Below, in pieces: positions 28,273 to 32,000 of a stretch of 32,000 nucleotides of DNA. How positions within the stretch are numbered: position 1 is the stretch's first letter; each line of letters begins with the position of its first letter. A program made the position numbers and the translations under genes. Source of the stretch: Bellilinea caldifistulae (GTDB lineage: Bacteria > Chloroflexota > Anaerolineae > Anaerolineales > Anaerolineaceae); the NCBI RefSeq assembly GCF_001306055.1, contig NZ_LGHJ01000013.1:1-32000 (forward strand). The letters are read 5' to 3'. The notes under the pieces were generated by a model. It saw nothing but the letters and a program-made list of their open reading frames with translations, did no database searches and was not told where the DNA came from.

Positions 28273-28596
28273 TATTTATTTTGATGTATAGTATATGTAC
28301 GGGATTATTTTAGCATATCTGATATTAAGATGCAATAGAAAAAGGACTTTTCTAATCTTAAAATTATCTTTGTAGAAATTACGTTCGACAAATTGCAAAA
28401 AAATTATTCCTTACTTTGAATACTTGATCAGGACTTTATCAAATTCCCAATATCTGGTGTTATCAGGCAAATTTCCGCCTGATTTTCCATATACGGGCGG
28501 GTCTATTTACCCGTCAAAAATTTAGAATTTTTTATGTTAACGATCCATTAACCAATTCGAAATATTGTTTCGCTCATTTTATCTTCCTGTAGCCTT

Positions 28597-28632
28597 AAAA
28601 CGGAAACCCCCGCTGAAATGTATTCAGGGGGG
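28597..28632 (-). terminator. Rho-independent terminator downstream of ftsZ
   Basis: Minus-strand RNA is GCCCCCCUGAAUACAUUUCAGCGGGGGUUUCCGUUUU: a 10-bp G/C-rich stem with one bulged C and a 5-nt loop, then a U-rich tract. Confidence 0.75.
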
Positions 28633-28821
28633 CTCCTCAAGACAGGTTGAAACACACCGCTAACACACCACGCTCGTCAGGCAGAAGGGAGGATGGCTTC
28701 CGCCGTGCTGATGTTTCCCGAAAACAGGCACCCTCAATTACAGGGACTTGGGTCGTTCCTGTTGTTCTACCGGTCGTAACCAGCGAAGAGCATCGGCTCT
28801 CCGATCATCGAGGTGAACGGC

Positions 28822-29973
28822 TCAGCGTTGCGTGTTGCGATTCCGTAAAAATGCCGGAATATCCAGATCGTTGGTGTTGATTACGTGCGGCTGGAATTCG
28901 GTTGGCGAGGTGGGTGGCGCTTGCCGCTCAGCCTTGGGTGCGGGGCTGCTCGCCTGGAAGGAAGCGGTTTCTTCCTTCTTCTGGGCGGGGCGCGGTTCCA
29001 CTAAAGGGGAACGAACACTGGGCCGGTCAAAGCCGGTTGCAATTACGGTAATGCGGATTTCATCACCCATGTTCGGATCAACCACTGCACCAAAGATCAG
29101 GTTCACATCTGGGTGAGCGGTTTCCTTGATGATCGCCGCCGCTTGATTGACCTCGAAGAGGGTCAGGCTGTTTCCACCGGTCACATTGAAGAGGATACCG
29201 CGCGCACCGTCAATGGTGATGTCCAGCAGCTGGCTCGAAATCGCCATCTCAGCCGCAATCCGTGCCCGGTCTTCACCACTGGCATGCCCAACCGCCATCA
29301 ACGCTGCGCCGCCTTCGGACATGATCGCCCGTACATCGGCAAAGTCAAGATTGATCAACCCCGGTACCGTGATCAGTTCGGAAATGCCCTGAATGCCTTG
29401 CCGCAGAACATCATCGGCCGTCCGGAATGCCTCCTGCAAGGTGACACGTTTGTCCACAATTTGCAGCAAGCGGTCATTGGGGATGACAATCAGGGTATCG
29501 GCGTGTTCTTTGAGCTTGGCGATGCCGGCTTCCGCTGCCTGCTGACGGCGCATGCCTTCAAAGGTAAAGGGACGAGTTACCACACCGATGGTCAAAGCCC
29601 CAACCTCTTTGGCTATTTGTGCCACAATCGGCGCTGCGCCAGTGCCTGTACCTCCGCCAAGCCCGGCAGTGACAAAGACCATGTCGGAGCCTTTGAGCAC
29701 CTCGTATAGCTCTTCAGCGGATTCTTCAGCCGCTTTCCGTCCCACTTCGGGGTTACCGCCAGCCCCCAACCCACGGGTGGATTTATCACCAATCCGCACA
29801 CGGGTGGGTGCTTTGGAGAGCAGCAAAGCCTGCGCATCGGTATTGACCGTGATGAATTCGATGCCGCTCAGCCCTTCTTCGATCATGCGGTTGACTGCGT
29901 TGCAGCCACCGCCGCCCACACCAATTACTTTGATGCGGGCAAAAGATTCTGCTTGATTACTGTAAAGATCCAT
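28822..29973 (-). CDS. ftsZ: Cell-division GTPase FtsZ
   Basis: 383 aa. Tubulin signature [11 protein letters not shown]-terminal [16 protein letters not shown]-terminal peptide [17 protein letters not shown]. Confidence 0.97.
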   Translation of the reverse strand: MDLYSNQAESFARIKVIGVGGGGCNAVNRMIEEGLSGIEFITVNTDAQALLLSKAPTRVRIGDKSTRGLGAGGNPEVGRKAAEESAEELYEVLKGSDMVFVTAGLGGGTGTGAAPIVAQIAKEVGALTIGVVTRPFTFEGMRRQQAAEAGIAKLKEHADTLIVIPNDRLLQIVDKRVTLQEAFRTADDVLRQGIQGISELITVPGLINLDFADVRAIMSEGGAALMAVGHASGEDRARIAAEMAISSQLLDITIDGARGILFNVTGGNSLTLFEVNQAAAIIKETAHPDVNLIFGAVVDPNMGDEIRITVIATGFDRPSVRSPLVEPRPAQKKEETASFQASSPAPKAERQAPPTSPTEFQPHVINTNDLDIPAFLRNRNTQR

Positions 29974-30040
29974 TTTGTGTTCCTCCGCTTAACCTGTCTT
30001 GATTGGATTTGAATTTCAGGTACTTGACCTCCAGAAAAAG

Positions 30041-31276
30041 TTAGGGCAACAGGCGTTTCAAGAAGTTCTTGATCCTGTCTCCATCCAAGTTAATCCCTTT
30101 CGGGAGAAACGACCGGCGCGGGTGGAGTGGTTCGGCCTCGCTGAGCAGCAACGCCCAATGCAGCAATCCCACGCTGGTCGAATAGGCCGGTGAGTTCAAT
30201 TGATCGGTTAAACCCACCAGATTTTCGGGTTTGGCTACCCGAACCGGTAAACCCAGCACCGAACTGGCCAGATTCTTCATGCCGGGCAACAAACTTGCTC
30301 CGCCGGTGAGAACCATTCCTGCCGGCAGCAAGCCGTCATAACCGGAGCGTTTGATCTCCTGGAGCACCAGCATGAAAATCTCCTCAACGCGAGCCTCGAT
30401 GATGTGGGCTAAATCCCGCCGGTTGACCTGTACGGGAGCCTCCTGGCCAAAGGAACGGACGCTGATCACATCATTTTCGGCAATTTCGGACTCAATCGCA
30501 TGTCCATAGCGTTTTTTGACTTCTTCAGCCTGATCAATGGACAGCCGCAGGCCATGGGCAATGTCAGAGGTGATGTGATTGCCACCTACCGCCAGCACCA
30601 TGGTGTGCCACAGATCTCCATCAATGTAAATGGCCAGATCGGTTGTTCCCCCGCCAATATCACACACCACCACGCCCATCTGACGTTCGGTTTCGGAGAG
30701 GACAACCTCCGCCGAAGCCAGCGGGTTAAGGACAAATTGAGTGACCTGGACTCCGGCTGCCTGCACACACTGACGCAGATTTTCCACAGTCGATTCGGCA
30801 GCCGTGATGATGTGCGCCTCTACTTCCATGCGGTAGCCATGCATCCCAATCGGCGTGCGAATGCCGTCCTGGCCGTCCACAATGAAACTGCGTTGAATGA
30901 CATGGATGATCTGACGGTTATGAGGAATTGCCACAGCCTGAGCCGCCTCCAAAGCCCGCGCCACATCCATCTCGTCAATCACACCACCGGAAATGCCTAC
31001 CACCCCGCGGCTATTGACCGAGGCCACGTGCGACCCCGCCAGACTGACCAGTGCCGAGGTGATTTCAAAGCCCGAAGTCCGCTGGGCCTTCTCAATCGAA
31101 CGCGCAATCGAAGTTGAAGCAGCCGCAAGGTCTACAATATTCCCTTTGCGAATACCTTGCGAGGGTTCGATCCCCACGCCCAGAATGCGCATGGTTCGCT
31201 CGCCTTCCACGCGCGCCACCAGCGTACAGACTTTGGTCGTTCCGATATCAATTCCGACTACGATTGGTTCATCCAT
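30041..31276 (-). CDS. ftsA: Cell-division protein FtsA (actin-like ATPase)
   Basis: Phosphate-1 motif VGIDIGTTKV, ...DIGGGTTD..., ...VLTGGASLLPG... I prefer ATG 31276 (MDEPIVVG...) because GGAG sits 6 nt upstream. The ORF-track start 31288 (MENAMDEP) overlaps the ftsQ stop and has no SD. Confidence 0.92.
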   Translation of the reverse strand: MDEPIVVGIDIGTTKVCTLVARVEGERTMRILGVGIEPSQGIRKGNIVDLAAASTSIARSIEKAQRTSGFEITSALVSLAGSHVASVNSRGVVGISGGVIDEMDVARALEAAQAVAIPHNRQIIHVIQRSFIVDGQDGIRTPIGMHGYRMEVEAHIITAAESTVENLRQCVQAAGVQVTQFVLNPLASAEVVLSETERQMGVVVCDIGGGTTDLAIYIDGDLWHTMVLAVGGNHITSDIAHGLRLSIDQAEEVKKRYGHAIESEIAENDVISVRSFGQEAPVQVNRRDLAHIIEARVEEIFMLVLQEIKRSGYDGLLPAGMVLTGGASLLPGMKNLASSVLGLPVRVAKPENLVGLTDQLNSPAYSTSVGLLHWALLLSEAEPLHPRRSFLPKGINLDGDRIKNFLKRLLP

Positions 31277-31287
31277 GGCATTCTCCA

Positions 31288-32000
31288 TTACTTATAGAAG
31301 GGAGCATTAATGAACTCAATACTGACCAGTTCTTGAGGGTGGATGCCCATTTTTTCAAAGTATTCAACGATGGATTCATATACTGTCAGTTTTTGTTCAA
31401 AATTCTCCAGATTTTTGCCGATATAGACTTCCCAACCGCGTGGATCCTGCCACCCTAATCCATAAATAGAATTATAGACCAGGTTGGATTCAGGGGACAA
31501 GCGAAAAACGAGATCATTTATCGCTTTCAAAAGCAGCGCATCTACTTGTTGTCCCCACAACGCTGTTGGTGAGTCACTTGAAGAGTTTTCTGCCCCGCTT
31601 TTGGCAGGCAGATCAATGAAGGTCAAAGGCGGTGTAATGTTGGATTCGATTCTTATCAACCCTTCAGCATCCCCTCGCGGCGGAAGAATCACCCCCTCCG
31701 CATCCAGCCAGTAAACTTGATCGCCTTTATCCCACATGAAAACCGGTTGCCGCTCGGTCACCTGAAGGGTCACTTCAGCCGGAATACCAACCTGGATATC
31801 AATGGACGCCAGTTCGGGGAATGCGGCTCTTAACGCTTCCCGTGCATGTCCGGGATCAAATTCGATGATTTGTGAGCCCTCCAACCGTAAAACCGCCTCC
31901 ACATCCGCATAGGAGAGCCGCTGCAATCCGGTCACCTGAAAACTTTGAACCTCGAACTGGTCGCTGAAAGCCAGCGTGTATAAAACCATTGCACACAAAA
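31288..32000 (-). CDS. ftsQ: Cell-division protein FtsQ/DivIB (POTRA + FtsQ domains); N-terminus outside the window
   Basis: The ORF is open to the window edge. ...FEVQSFQVTGLQRLSYADVEAVL... is POTRA-like. Position immediately upstream of ftsA-ftsZ. Confidence 0.75.
   Translation of the reverse strand, partial: LCAMVLYTLAFSDQFEVQSFQVTGLQRLSYADVEAVLRLEGSQIIEFDPGHAREALRAAFPELASIDIQVGIPAEVTLQVTERQPVFMWDKGDQVYWLDAEGVILPPRGDAEGLIRIESNITPPLTFIDLPAKSGAENSSSDSPTALWGQQVDALLLKAINDLVFRLSPESNLVYNSIYGLGWQDPRGWEVYIGKNLENFEQKLTVYESIVEYFEKMGIHPQELVSIEFINAPFYK

Noticed and set aside
28261-28600. The AT-rich island as a replication origin (oriC).
   Set aside because: I found only partial TTATC-type words (TTATCAGG, TTATCAAA) and no cluster of good DnaA boxes (TTATCCACA). 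No dnaA or dnaN lies nearby. This is not excluded, but the sequence does not support it.
28690-28735. A possible SRP (4.5S) RNA. On the minus strand, GGUGCCUGUUUU...AGCACGGC-GGAA-GCC...CUGACGAGCGUGGUGUG superficially resembles domain IV of SRP RNA.
   Set aside because: The AGCA element is 5' of the GGAA tetraloop instead of 3', and the CAGG partner strand is missing. The plus strand would have a UUCC loop. Neither orientation reproduces the conserved symmetric/asymmetric loop arrangement. The region is kept only as a generic structured-RNA candidate.
28647-28880. A 77-aa plus-strand ORF in the ftsZ 3' region. Also the small ORFs at 216-554 and 564-776.
   Set aside because: They have no SD, overlap well-supported genes or their ends, and are Arg/Ser/Pro-rich with no recognisable features.

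Overview
The window is a densely packed, mostly housekeeping stretch of a bacterial chromosome. I hand-counted about 58 % G+C in one coding line. Gene content looks like a Chloroflexota/Anaerolineae-type genome, but I cannot verify that here. I support 29 protein-coding genes.

Gene order:
- 1-369: the 3' fragment of an IS4/IS5/IS1182-type transposase gene at the left edge.
- 604-5125: a hybrid PAS histidine kinase with HPt, then a receiver-CpaE/TadZ-like ParA protein.
- 5146-8579: ldh, a convergent GH13 alpha-glucosidase, and a PAP2-like membrane protein.
- 8589-12059 (minus strand): a TPR protein, a lipoprotein and an MtaB-like methylthiotransferase.
- 12345-14433: csp, then a minus-strand PatB/MalY-like aminotransferase plus DUF218 pair.
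- 14704-17404: a SAM methyltransferase, proC and a membrane protein.
- 17460-19528: a PII-like protein translationally coupled to a Ca2+/cation exchanger, with a divergent CBS-pair protein.
- 19539-24159: comM/yifB, udp, a 69-aa membrane ORF, a flavin-reductase-like protein and lysA.
- 24163-28152 (minus strand): nrdR, nrdJ and a lipoprotein.
- 28822-32000 (minus strand): ftsQ (partial), ftsA and ftsZ.

I found no tRNA, rRNA or CRISPR array, and no obvious defence island.

Most worth a second look:
1. The four-step phosphorelay ending in an orphan receiver-ParA/CpaE-like protein whose P-loop has no lysine.
2. A perfect 12-nt complementarity between the ftsZ 5' leader (next to its SD) and the ftsZ 3' region. 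It sits in a ~190-nt non-coding tail closed by a strong intrinsic terminator.
3. The PII-like/CaCA/CBS module.
4. A perfect 16-bp palindrome (candidate NrdR box) inside a ~330-bp, ~30 % G+C ORF-free island upstream of a TTG-initiated nrdR.

All functional calls come from by-eye motif recognition. No database search was run.
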